From assembly GCA_028684195.1 (NCBI GenBank), contig JAQUGH010000001.1, positions 19,771-83,770 of the forward strand: 64,000 bases of DNA. Direction: 5' to 3'. This DNA comes from Clostridia bacterium. Lineage in GTDB: Bacteria > Bacillota > Peptococcia > DRI-13 > DTU073. The translations under genes and the position numbers were made by a program. The notes under the pieces are model-generated. The model had not been told where the DNA came from and searched no databases. It saw nothing but the letters and a program-made list of their open reading frames with translations. This document shows, piece by piece, positions 9,406 to 18,777 of this stretch (position 1 is the stretch's first letter; the number at the start of each line of letters is the position of its first letter).

Positions 9406-10479
9406 ATGGAACACCTGAACATACTTAAAGAAATGACTATGGCTCACGGTCCATCGGGTTTTGAAGGAAATATAAGAGAGCTTATAAAAGATTACCTAAC
9501 TGGAAAAGCGGAATTTACTCAAGATAATTTAGGTAGTTTGATCTGCAAAAAAGAAGGAACAAGTTCATTTCCCAAAATTATGATACCCGGTCATATGGAC
9601 GAAGTCGGTTTTATGGTAAGTGCAATTACTAAGAATGGCTTTATTAAGTTCATCCCCCTTGGAGGATGGCGAGATCAAGTTCTTCTTGCTCAAAAGGTTA
9701 TTATTAAAACCAGAAAAGGTGATAGAACTGGTATAATCGGTTCTGTACCTCCTCATCTTCTTTCAGCTAAAGATAAAAACACAATAGTTGAAAAAAAAGC
9801 AATGTTTATTGACGTTGGTGCTAAAGATCGAGAAGAAGCACAAGAAATAATGGGTATTCTACCCGGAGATCCTATCGTTCCCGATAGCACTTTCCACATT
9901 CTTGGAGAAAAGATGATTATGGCAAAAGCTATAGATAATAGAGTTGGTTGTTGCCTTTTTATGAACTTGATTAAGGAACTTTGGAATACAACTCATCCTA
10001 ATACGATATATGGTGTTGGTACGGTTCAAGAAGAGGTCGGTTTGCGGGGAGCTACCACGTCCGCTAACGTTATAAAACCAGATATATGCTTTACCGTAGA
10101 TGTTACCATTGCCACTGATATGCCTGGTCTGGAAAAAGAAGATTCAGAGGTTAAATTAGGTAAGGGTCCTGTTCTAACACTAGCAGATTCTTCTGTAATC
10201 GGAAACAGAAATCTTCGGAATTTCGTCATTGATACAGCAAAGGAAAATCGTATTCCACTTCAATACAATACCATGATGGGTGGAGGTACAGATGGAGGCG
10301 CCATTCATAAATCCGGTTTTGGTGTACCAACTGTAGTCATCAGCATACCTACTCGTTATATTCACAGCCATTACAGCATTTTTCACTATGATGATTATGA
10401 TAATTGTCTGGAATTACTTATTAAGCTTGTGAAGGGGTTAGATGAAAAAACAGCAAATAATATTTTGAATAGTAATTGA
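9406..10479 (+). CDS. M42 family metallo-aminopeptidase (glutamyl aminopeptidase / CelM-like)
   Basis: 357 aa. The N-terminus LKEMTMAHGPSGFEGNIRE, plus GHMDEVGF and VQEEVGLRGA, are M42 hallmarks. Confidence 0.85.
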   Translation: MEHLNILKEMTMAHGPSGFEGNIRELIKDYLTGKAEFTQDNLGSLICKKEGTSSFPKIMIPGHMDEVGFMVSAITKNGFIKFIPLGGWRDQVLLAQKVIIKTRKGDRTGIIGSVPPHLLSAKDKNTIVEKKAMFIDVGAKDREEAQEIMGILPGDPIVPDSTFHILGEKMIMAKAIDNRVGCCLFMNLIKELWNTTHPNTIYGVGTVQEEVGLRGATTSANVIKPDICFTVDVTIATDMPGLEKEDSEVKLGKGPVLTLADSSVIGNRNLRNFVIDTAKENRIPLQYNTMMGGGTDGGAIHKSGFGVPTVVISIPTRYIHSHYSIFHYDDYDNCLELLIKLVKGLDEKTANNILNSN

Positions 10480-10493
10480 CAACAACTATCTAC

Positions 10494-10522
10494 TTGCATT
10501 AAAATGTTTTTAATTCTACAAT
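10494..10522 (+). promoter_or_regulatory. Sigma-A type promoter of the metF leader
   Basis: TTGCAT (10494-10499), a 17-nt spacer, then TACAAT (10517-10522). Confidence 0.5.
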
Positions 10523-10536
10523 AGCATATGAGAGTG

Positions 10537-10598
10537 TTCTTATCATGAGTGGTGGGAATTGTGTCATTTCCTGCAGATTTTATTCTGAGAGATAAGAA
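10537..10598 (+). promoter_or_regulatory. Riboswitch-like leader element: truncated S-box (SAM-I)-like aptamer
   Basis: The P1 helix pairs UUCUUAUC (10537-44) with GAUAAGAA (10591-98). The 5' segment AUGAGUGGUGG and the 3' segment AUUUCCUGCAGA..UCUGAGAGAUAAG resemble the S-box core. The central ~40 nt (distal P2 plus P3) is replaced by a short hairpin, GGGAAU-UGUGUC-AUUUCC. Confidence 0.5.
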
Positions 10599-10607
10599 GC
10601 AGATAGT

Positions 10608-10640
10608 AAAAAGCTGTTTCTCTTTAGAAACAGCTTTTTT
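10608..10640 (+). terminator. Intrinsic terminator of the metF leader (expression platform)
   Basis: Hairpin GCUGUUUCU-CUUU-AGAAACAGC flanked by an A-run and a U-run (ends UUUUUU at 10640). AGAAGCAG (10595-10602) can alternatively pair with CUGUUUCU (10614-10621) as an antiterminator. Confidence 0.75.
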
Positions 10641-10661
10641 ATAAATATAAAATTAGGAGGT

Positions 10662-11555
10662 ATGTCCGTGTTTATCCATAATATTTTTGCTACCAAAAAA
10701 CGAGCCGTTCTGTCCTTTGAAATATTTCCACCTAAAAAAGATAGCCCTATTGACACCATCTTTTCTACAATAGATGGTTTGAAAGACCTGAATCCCGATT
10801 TTATCAGCGTTACATATGGTGCCGGTGGAAGTAGCAAAGGGAAAACCATTGAAATTGCTTCCCTAATTAAGCATAAATATGGTATTGAATCCTTAGCACA
10901 CTTAACCTGTATCTCGTCAACGAAAGATGAAGTAGAAGATATCCTGACCACGCTTAAAAATAATAAAATCGAAAATGTTTTAGCTCTAAGGGGAGACCTT
11001 CCGCAAGATAAAAACTTTAAATTTCCTACGCCACTCCATTACAACTACGCTAGTGACTTGGTTTTTCAAATTCAACAAAAAGGTGATTTTAGTATTGGCG
11101 GCGCTTGTTATCCTGAGGGTCATATTGAATCTGACTGTATTGAAACTGATGTGTATTATATAAAAAGAAAAGTTGAGGCAGGAGTAGACTTCTTGATTAC
11201 CCAATTGTTTTTCGATAATGAACATTTATATGACTACATAAATAAAATCCGGCAAGCTGGAATCAATATTCCAATAACAGCAGGCATCATGCCTATGCTA
11301 AGCAAAAAACAAATCGAGCGTTGTCTGTCCTTCAGTAAGGCTGCACTTCCTAAGAAGTTTACAAGAATATTAGAAAAATACGGTCACAATAGTGCTGCTC
11401 TCCAAGAAGCAGGAATAATATACGCTACGGATCAAATCATTGATCTTCTCTCTTGGGGAGTGGATGGAATCCACTTATATAGTATGAATCGTCCGGAGGT
11501 AACTAAAAAAATAGTTGAAAATATCTCTGATTTCCGTAATCTAATTCAGGAATAA
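10662..11555 (+). CDS. metF: 5,10-methylenetetrahydrofolate reductase
   Basis: 297 aa with SFEIFPPK..., HLTCI, ALRGD and FITQLFFD motifs. AGGAGG ends at 10660, so GTG at 10668 is an equally or more likely start. Confidence 0.9.
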   Translation: MSVFIHNIFATKKRAVLSFEIFPPKKDSPIDTIFSTIDGLKDLNPDFISVTYGAGGSSKGKTIEIASLIKHKYGIESLAHLTCISSTKDEVEDILTTLKNNKIENVLALRGDLPQDKNFKFPTPLHYNYASDLVFQIQQKGDFSIGGACYPEGHIESDCIETDVYYIKRKVEAGVDFLITQLFFDNEHLYDYINKIRQAGINIPITAGIMPMLSKKQIERCLSFSKAALPKKFTRILEKYGHNSAALQEAGIIYATDQIIDLLSWGVDGIHLYSMNRPEVTKKIVENISDFRNLIQE

Positions 11556-11572
11556 TTCTCAAGATAAACTTA

Positions 11573-12622
11573 CTACCTAGCCAAAAATAACTTACTCAAT
11601 AATTTCCATTTTGTAAAAATACAACTCGCTACATATGAAAAAACGACTGTGAATAAAAGTCCGGTTAAATAAAGAAAATCATTCGTTGAAAACCCAATCG
11701 CATGCCATAAAGTATTCCATATTCCAAGAAACAAAGGATGTATAAGGTACATCGGGAACGATTGTGTTCCAAAAATATTGAAAAAGCTACTTTGGTTTTC
11801 TACGAAAAAAAGCCAAATGCTAAGGGATGAAAACAAGGCAAACAAATGATATGCACCATAATATACAATCAAACCGACAGGTTCATTCATCCTAAGCTTT
11901 ATATTAATAATGACATAACAAATTACAACCAATAAACTTAAGCTCCACAAATGTACCTTATACTTAAGAAATACTGCTTTTACCTTCTGATAATTTGCAC
12001 CAATCCAACACCCCACGACAAAAACCGAAAGGTAGCTACCCAATAAATTAGCCGGATGTGGGTAAATTTCATAAATCCAAGCTTTATTTAAAATATAAAA
12101 CAACACTTGTAAAAACAAAGTCAGTACAATCATATGTAATGACTTCATTTTTTTTATAAAAGTACAAACTAACGGAATAAATAAGTAAAGCTGAATAACT
12201 ATTAGTAAAAAGTACAGATGATAATACGCTGTCCCATTTACTAATTCCCGTCCAATAAAATTCAATGATAAAGCTGTGCTACCCCTAAAGCATACAGTTT
12301 TAAGTATAAAATAAAAGGTACTCCAAACTAAGTACGGAACTATTACTGTCTTTAATCTTTTTGTGTAAAATTTAGATAATGGAACTTCTTCCTTTGTCTG
12401 TTTCCAAGTTAATACAACACTGCTGATAAAAAGAAATACAGGAACAGCAAACTGTGCAAGGCTATTTATTATATTATAACTAATAAATCTAGTGGTATCT
12501 GAAGGATATGCTATTGTAGCTTCCGCAGTAACATGAATAATAATCACTGCTAAAATAGCCAAACCTCTCATGCTTTCAAATTCCTGTAACTTTTTCAATG
12601 TCTTTTCCTCATCTCTTACCAA
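11573..12622 (-). CDS. Acyltransferase family 3 integral membrane protein
   Basis: 349 aa with about 10 TM helices. The N-terminal RGLAILAVIIIHV motif is typical of acyltransferase_3. Confidence 0.75.
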   Translation of the reverse strand: MVRDEEKTLKKLQEFESMRGLAILAVIIIHVTAEATIAYPSDTTRFISYNIINSLAQFAVPVFLFISSVVLTWKQTKEEVPLSKFYTKRLKTVIVPYLVWSTFYFILKTVCFRGSTALSLNFIGRELVNGTAYYHLYFLLIVIQLYLFIPLVCTFIKKMKSLHMIVLTLFLQVLFYILNKAWIYEIYPHPANLLGSYLSVFVVGCWIGANYQKVKAVFLKYKVHLWSLSLLVVICYVIINIKLRMNEPVGLIVYYGAYHLFALFSSLSIWLFFVENQSSFFNIFGTQSFPMYLIHPLFLGIWNTLWHAIGFSTNDFLYLTGLLFTVVFSYVASCIFTKWKLLSKLFLAR

Positions 12623-12685
12623 CTACGCTTTATATAATTCTAAGTAAACAAAAAAGCTCCTAATATCTCTTACACACTATCAAAT

Positions 12686-13201
12686 TCACTGCATCCCAAA
12701 TGCCTTTAACTTGTTACGACACTCTACATAATTAGGACAAGCCTTACTAACAAGTTCCCAAAAGCAGCTATTATGAGAAGGTTCCGCTAAATGGCATAAT
12801 TCATGAGTTACTACATACCATAAAAGCTCCATGGGAGCACCTATCAACCTTGTTGATATATATATCTGCTTTGTTTTTAAACTACAAGTTCCCCAAGAGC
12901 TTTTTTGCTCATGGAAAGTAGCATTCTCTAGAAATACTTTGTAGTATGACTTATTAATGGTTTCAGCAAGGTATAAAAGATCACTATCATTTTTAACAGG
13001 GCTCTCTTGCCCATCAAAATCATAACGTTGCGCCCAATTCATCTTATTAACTAGCTTATCAGTCAGCTTATTAATATGTTCTTCTTGTCTATGTGGAAGT
13101 AACCTGCTTGAAATTGACAAACAAATAACTCCATTTACAATTTTCCCTGAAGAATTTTTTTTATCTTTATACTCAACTTTAATTCGTGGCAAATCTTCCA
13201 T
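12686..13201 (-). CDS. YgjP/DUF45-type (M48-like) zinc metallohydrolase
   Basis: 171 aa. The HExxH motif sits in YVVTHELCHLAEPSHNSCFW, characteristic of the SprT/DUF45 family. Confidence 0.7.
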   Translation of the reverse strand: MEDLPRIKVEYKDKKNSSGKIVNGVICLSISSRLLPHRQEEHINKLTDKLVNKMNWAQRYDFDGQESPVKNDSDLLYLAETINKSYYKVFLENATFHEQKSSWGTCSLKTKQIYISTRLIGAPMELLWYVVTHELCHLAEPSHNSCFWELVSKACPNYVECRNKLKAFGMQ

Positions 13202-13282
13202 AACAACACTCCGCTTTTTAATAATTCCTTAAAAAATGAAAGTCACTACTCAATTAGCGTCTTTCACTTAGCTGTATGCCCC

Positions 13283-13864
13283 TTACTTTGCAAGACACTT
13301 TTTCTTCCATTTTGGTACAATCGGTAATGCTTCATATTCCCCTTTAAGCAACCCCAATATCCACAAATCAATATACTTTCCTTCCATAAAAACCTGTCTT
13401 CTCATCTTACCCTCTGAAATAAAACCAAAGCTAACGGCACTTCGTATTCCCAAATCATTGTTACCATAAATTCTTAAGTAAGCCTTTTCTAATCCAAGTT
13501 GATAATATGCAATATCCAACAAAACGATAAGAATATCCACTCCATAACCAGCTAAGCGCATATCTTTTTCACCTATCCCAAGAACTAACTCCACATTACC
13601 ATTTATTCTATCAATATTACGCAAACCCGCTACGCCTATAGGACGCAAATCACTTTTCCTCTGAACAAGATATACGACCTTCTCGACCTTTGGATCCTTT
13701 GTATCTCCGCAAAACGAAGCTATTTCCTTTTTAATAGATTCAATATCTACGCTAGCATATTCGTTATATGCTAAACGAAATTCTTTGTCAACGTACCACT
13801 TTTGCAAAACCTCTGCGTCCCCTTCCATCAACGGTCGCAACACTATTTTCCTACCATTCCACAT
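13283..13864 (-). CDS. GNAT family N-acetyltransferase (RimJ/RimL-like)
   Basis: 193 aa. The pattern LRPLMEGDAEVLQKW...GYG...LEKAYLRIYGNN...FGF is typical of GNAT acetyltransferases. Confidence 0.7.
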   Translation of the reverse strand: MWNGRKIVLRPLMEGDAEVLQKWYVDKEFRLAYNEYASVDIESIKKEIASFCGDTKDPKVEKVVYLVQRKSDLRPIGVAGLRNIDRINGNVELVLGIGEKDMRLAGYGVDILIVLLDIAYYQLGLEKAYLRIYGNNDLGIRSAVSFGFISEGKMRRQVFMEGKYIDLWILGLLKGEYEALPIVPKWKKKCLAK

Positions 13865-13938
13865 ATCCTCACCTCACAATAAAATATCTACATGTTAATT
13901 ATTACAAGTTGAAATTTGTTCAGCTATTCAAGCAAACC

Positions 13939-15099
13939 TCAAGCATTAATATGTTTATAAATAAATATCCCTGAAAGAATTTTAGGAGCAAAAAAAGTAG
14001 ACTTTTCTGGCATCACAATATCATTGTTAACTATCCCGGCATCCGCTACCTCCATTAATTCTTGAATAGAAACAGGATGCAAAGCTAAGGCCAGATTATA
14101 CTTATCTAAATTAACACATTCCTTCATCTTTTCCAAATCATCCTCAGAATAATAATCAAAGTAGCGTGAATCAGTAATCATATCATGATTAAGACCAAGC
14201 TGTGGATATAATTCTCTTTCTAAGATGCTACAATCTAATTTGCCAACCACGTCATTGGGTATATTGCATGCCTTTATAATATAAGTCCCTCTTTTGGTGT
14301 AAATAGTGAAGCTATGCTTTTCTGGAGTAACAAATTTTTCAGTTGAGATCAATGACAATTTATCTTTTACCTTTTCAAAATCTACAACCCCGTTAATAAC
14401 CCTGTTATAAGCCAAAATACGAGCATCAGTACATTCACAAATATAGGCTAAGCAATGAGTCTGTCGATTAAGCAAAGCCGCATGATATCGATGGTGTCCA
14501 TCAGCAATATACAGTGGTTCAGAAGATATAATCTCTTTTATAATCTTTCCTTCTCTACTTTCTTCTTCCACTCTATAAATCCTATTACTTATACCGTGTA
14601 ATTCTGAGACTTCATTAAAATCAGAAACGAACTCATATTCCACATCATACTTATCAATTACTTCGTCCAATACAGATCTTAAATGTGCTTTGGTAAGAAG
14701 AAACACTGGTTCAAACGTATATCCTGTTTTTCCTCTTAACTCCAACCTGCCTTTAACCTTATTGTCAAAAGTCTTTTCATGTCTGATTACTTCCCCTTCC
14801 TTGTAATCAGTAACTTCTGTAGCTGTCAGTATACCTCTTCTGACACTTTCCCCATACATTTGCTCATATACGTAGAAACAAGGTACGTTATCTTTTTTTA
14901 GGTATCCTTTACTAATTAACTTCTCCAAAGCCTGTTGTGGATTGCTTCCCAAAGTAATATGATATAAAGAATCATCATTTTGTTTTAAAACTGATTCTAT
15001 CTCTGAACCAGGTTTAATTACATCATAGGGAGGACAGGTTATTTTTTTAATATTGTTCCCTTCGGGTCTTAAACCTATCAAGCCTTTAATTTCTGCCAT
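13939..15099 (-). CDS. DUF1015 family protein
   Basis: ADGHHRY is the signature motif of DUF1015. The start was placed at the third ATG (15099, MAEIKGL...), about 9 nt after GGTAGG. The track ORF extends to 15156. Confidence 0.7.
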   Translation of the reverse strand: MAEIKGLIGLRPEGNNIKKITCPPYDVIKPGSEIESVLKQNDDSLYHITLGSNPQQALEKLISKGYLKKDNVPCFYVYEQMYGESVRRGILTATEVTDYKEGEVIRHEKTFDNKVKGRLELRGKTGYTFEPVFLLTKAHLRSVLDEVIDKYDVEYEFVSDFNEVSELHGISNRIYRVEEESREGKIIKEIISSEPLYIADGHHRYHAALLNRQTHCLAYICECTDARILAYNRVINGVVDFEKVKDKLSLISTEKFVTPEKHSFTIYTKRGTYIIKACNIPNDVVGKLDCSILERELYPQLGLNHDMITDSRYFDYYSEDDLEKMKECVNLDKYNLALALHPVSIQELMEVADAGIVNNDIVMPEKSTFFAPKILSGIFIYKHINA

Positions 15100-15214
15100 A
15101 TCCATCATCCTACCTTCATAATAAAGTGAAATTACATTTGAAACTAATTTACACACAATTTATGATTCTATCACACTAATTTATTATATCAAAGATAAAA
15201 AATAATTTCATTTA

Positions 15215-16273
15215 TTATTCTACTTTAACCCAATATTTTATAGTTTTGTCTTGCAGCTTGCTGATATCCAATAATTCCTTGTTTTCTTCAGGTATAGCAA
15301 TAGTTTTTGGATTACCGTCACTTATATAACGCTGATCAGGATTATTTTTAAAATATTCCAACCACTTAAAAAGTTCACCTGTACTAGCTTGAACCCGTGG
15401 TAATTTTGTTGGATCAAAGCCTTTAACTACAGGACTAAGAGCAGGTCTTGCCCCTACTTTAAGCACAGCCTTATTCTCATATGAATATCCATCATATGAA
15501 CCCTGCAATGCAAAATTGTATTCTTTTGGTGAAAGCCCATATGGTAAAGCCAAGGAATTAACTTTATAATTAGGAACCGTTTCTTCAACAATTTTAGCTA
15601 ACCCTGCTAACTCTTTTTGTACGCTATCCGAAGTAAGTTTACTTAACTTTGCATGTGTCATAGTATGATTGCCCACATCAAAACCAAGAGCAACCAATTT
15701 TTGCAATTTTTCTTTCCAATAATTTCCTTGACCAAAAGGCGGATCATTATTTACATAAAAAGTCGCCGTATGTCCAAACTCTAAATGACTTTTTTCAAAT
15801 TCTAACAAAATTCCTACAGCACATTGGGAATCAATCTTTTTTGTACCATCCTCATCTATAATATACCTAAAATGTCCTACTGATCCATCATCAAAAGTCA
15901 TAATGATCGGAGTTTTCCCTGCAGGAGTCTGAATATTATTATCCAGATAATCATTGAGACTGATAAGAGAATATCCTTGCTCATACAACGTTTCCAAATC
16001 TCGTTTAAAATTTTCTGCTGTCTGAGCCCAATCTGACTCTTTAGAAGCTCCAATAACATGATACATGAGAATCATTATTTTCCCTGCTTCATTAGCTTTA
16101 ATCTCTGAAAGTTCTTTCTCTGGTTGAATTTCTTCTACTACTTGAGAAATATTATTGGACTCATTATTGATAATATTAGTATCAGTAATTTTAGAAGTAC
16201 AACCGCACGATGAAAATAATATTCCAAAGCAGAAAACTACAAGTACTACTATCTTCCTTTTGATAATACTCAC
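15215..16273 (-). CDS. Polysaccharide deacetylase family lipoprotein
   Basis: Signal peptide with the lipobox-like FSSCGC. NodB-type motifs are TFDDG and HTMTH. Confidence 0.8.
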   Translation of the reverse strand: MSIIKRKIVVLVVFCFGILFSSCGCTSKITDTNIINNESNNISQVVEEIQPEKELSEIKANEAGKIMILMYHVIGASKESDWAQTAENFKRDLETLYEQGYSLISLNDYLDNNIQTPAGKTPIIMTFDDGSVGHFRYIIDEDGTKKIDSQCAVGILLEFEKSHLEFGHTATFYVNNDPPFGQGNYWKEKLQKLVALGFDVGNHTMTHAKLSKLTSDSVQKELAGLAKIVEETVPNYKVNSLALPYGLSPKEYNFALQGSYDGYSYENKAVLKVGARPALSPVVKGFDPTKLPRVQASTGELFKWLEYFKNNPDQRYISDGNPKTIAIPEENKELLDISKLQDKTIKYWVKVE

Positions 16274-16457
16274 TTCCCTTATATTTTTTTATTATAAATA
16301 AATGTTGCATCATCTCTATTTTAGGTTATAATAACACTGTTACATTAATATATCACATATACAGTAAGGGGTACATCATAATAAATTATCGAACTACTAT
16401 TTTAAAGTTTGCAAGCAATAATTTGCATAAAAATATTACTTCATAAGGAGGTCACAA

Positions 16458-16658
16458 ATGAACATTACAAAAGAAATGTCTATTACTGAAATTGTCCAAA
16501 AGTATCCTCAAAGTGCTGAGATACTGATGAATCATGGAATGGGCTGTGTAGGCTGTGCTGCTTCACATTTTGAAACCCTAGCTCAAGGTGCTAGTGCTCA
16601 TAACATTGATATCGATAGTCTTCTCACTGACCTAAACAATGCAGCTAACGAAGAATAA
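16458..16658 (+). CDS. DUF1858 / hybrid-cluster-protein-associated redox disulfide domain protein
   Basis: 66 aa. The MSITEIVQKYPQSAEILMNHGMGCVGC pattern matches my recollection of the small CxxC DUF1858 proteins. Confidence 0.6.
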   Translation: MNITKEMSITEIVQKYPQSAEILMNHGMGCVGCAASHFETLAQGASAHNIDIDSLLTDLNNAANEE

Positions 16659-16691
16659 TCCTCTTGCAAACATTTAAACTTCCGAAAAGAA

Positions 16692-16724
16692 CCTCGACAC
16701 ATTAAATTGTCGGGGCTCTTTTTT
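16692..16724 (+). terminator. Intrinsic terminator after the DUF1858 gene
   Basis: CCUCGACA-loop-UGUCGGGG hairpin followed by CUCUUUUUU. It lies between convergent genes. Confidence 0.7.
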
Positions 16725-16762
16725 AATTCCTAAGCTTTAACTAATTACAATTGATATGACTA

Positions 16763-18676
16763 TTATTTTAATTCTTCAAGTTTTATAAATACATTTTTCA
16801 TCTGTTCCTCTAATTTTTCTACAGAATCGTTCATCGTTTCTGTAACCTGCACAGTTTCTTCCGATAATTTTTTGACCTTCACCGCTTCCTTATTCTGCAC
16901 ATTTGTTTTATCAATAATATCTTCCACAAATGGCTTAATCTTCTTTAATTCCTCATTCGTCTTATCCGCAAGTTTTCTTATCTCCTCTGCCACAACAGCA
17001 AATCCTCTTCCCTTTTCCCCCGCTCTGGCAGCTTCAATTGCTGCATTGAGGGCAAGAAGATTTGTCTGATCAGCGACCTCACCAATTGTATTCACAATAG
17101 GAACAAGATTCTTTGTTTTAGTAACAACCTCACTAGATAATTGTTGAAATTTACATATATTGTCAATTATTACAGAATACTTTTCGAACGTAGCATCGGA
17201 GCTAGAAGATATTTCCTTAACATTATATGTTATTTCTGAAAAAATATCTGACACTTGACAAAGCATTTTTTTGATTTTATCGCCATTTTTCTCTGCTTCA
17301 ATGCTTTTTTCCTCATAAAGAATTTTATTATTTTCCGCTCTCATCATGGAATCTTGTATTATCTTACTCTCCCGCAACATCTCTTTTTCCCTATAAAGAT
17401 GACAATTGTTGGGCTTATTTAAACCATTAAAAATTGCCACAGCCATTTCATAACAACTGTTATATCCACATGAACCGCAGTTTCGCATATCTATTTCTGA
17501 TTCTTTATTCATATCAGAATATACCTTTTCTAATTCTGCAGGTGAAGGCCTTTGTATTTTGAAATTATCCGTAAGATCCTGATAATGTTTATAACTAAAA
17601 TCGCACTCTTTTATTACATTATTTATAAATTTACTTAATATTTTATTGTTCTTATTATTCTTTTCGTTGTTGTCTACACGTTCAGCTATCATGCCCTCAA
17701 TCTGATCTATAGACTTATTATGATTAATACATCCAGGCCCCATATTACATCCTTTTTCACAATTCAATATGTCAACCACTACAGGCAAATAAGGCTTATC
17801 TTCCTTAATACCTTTTTCCAAATCACTTAAATACTTATAAAAAACCAATGGTCCTTCTATTTTGGTTATTACCCTCTTTTTTGTTTGAGGATACCTATAT
17901 ATGTACGATTCTTTAAGACCACCTGGTGTTGAAAAGTTAGCCGCAACCTCAGCTTCCACTGGTCCATCGAACCTACCTTTCTCCAATTCATCAACATTAA
18001 TATTTTTTTCTCTGAACAGCTTCTCAATAGACTTATATGTAACATTAAATTTAATTATTTGACTATCTGCAAATTCACGTCTTTTTGCCAAACAAGGTGA
18101 AATAAAAGCCAAGGTATACTGCGGATACTTTGATTTTACATAAACCGCTATATCATGTACCGGGCTTCCACTGGGTGCTAAATGACCAATTAATTCAGGA
18201 TGTTTCAGCTCAATATATTTTACTATAGCCGGACAAGGTTGTGATATGACTGGTGTTTTAACTTTTCCAGATGCAATAGCTTCATGATAACAAGCAACAG
18301 TTATCTCTGCTCCCAAAGAAACGTCAAAGACTGCTTTTACCCCCACCTTTTTTAGTGCTGTAATAAGTTGCGGCAATTCAAAGTTACTATATGCAGAAGG
18401 TGCAACCAATGCTGCTACTTTCTCCCCTGATGATAAAGCCCTTTTAAATGCTTCTAAATCATCAATAGGGTACCTAGCACTTTTCTCTTCATTACCATCA
18501 TGAACAGTAATACAAGCCTCTATACAAGCTCCACAACCAATACATAATGAATCATTCAGCTTAACATATTCTCCACTTCCATCATTACAAAGCTTAACAG
18601 GACAAACCGTTATACATCTGTGACAATTGATGCAATTTTCTTCTCTAATACCAACTACTTTCACTAATTCTTTCAA
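16763..18676 (-). CDS. Soluble chemoreceptor: ferredoxin plus [FeFe]-hydrogenase-like sensory domain fused to a methyl-accepting chemotaxis signalling domain
   Basis: N-terminal CxxCxxCxxxCP motifs are present. The hydrogenase large-subunit-like motifs are [16 protein letters not shown] and [11 protein letters not shown], plus the [16 protein letters not shown] Fe-S motif. The C-terminal MCP hairpin tip reads [35 protein letters not shown]. No TM helix is seen. Confidence 0.8.
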   Translation of the reverse strand: MKELVKVVGIREENCINCHRCITVCPVKLCNDGSGEYVKLNDSLCIGCGACIEACITVHDGNEEKSARYPIDDLEAFKRALSSGEKVAALVAPSAYSNFELPQLITALKKVGVKAVFDVSLGAEITVACYHEAIASGKVKTPVISQPCPAIVKYIELKHPELIGHLAPSGSPVHDIAVYVKSKYPQYTLAFISPCLAKRREFADSQIIKFNVTYKSIEKLFREKNINVDELEKGRFDGPVEAEVAANFSTPGGLKESYIYRYPQTKKRVITKIEGPLVFYKYLSDLEKGIKEDKPYLPVVVDILNCEKGCNMGPGCINHNKSIDQIEGMIAERVDNNEKNNKNNKILSKFINNVIKECDFSYKHYQDLTDNFKIQRPSPAELEKVYSDMNKESEIDMRNCGSCGYNSCYEMAVAIFNGLNKPNNCHLYREKEMLRESKIIQDSMMRAENNKILYEEKSIEAEKNGDKIKKMLCQVSDIFSEITYNVKEISSSSDATFEKYSVIIDNICKFQQLSSEVVTKTKNLVPIVNTIGEVADQTNLLALNAAIEAARAGEKGRGFAVVAEEIRKLADKTNEELKKIKPFVEDIIDKTNVQNKEAVKVKKLSEETVQVTETMNDSVEKLEEQMKNVFIKLEELK

Positions 18677-18777
18677 TTTTTATTCTCCCCTTCCATCTAT
18701 AATTGATATACTTACTTATTTTTTTATTTATTCATTTTGAAATTTACGGATCCTTTGTTACCTAACACCGTACATAA

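Noticed and set aside
10580-10951. 123-aa minus-strand ORF overlapping the metF start and leader
   Set aside because: It is antisense to metF and to the leader terminator, with no motif or RBS.
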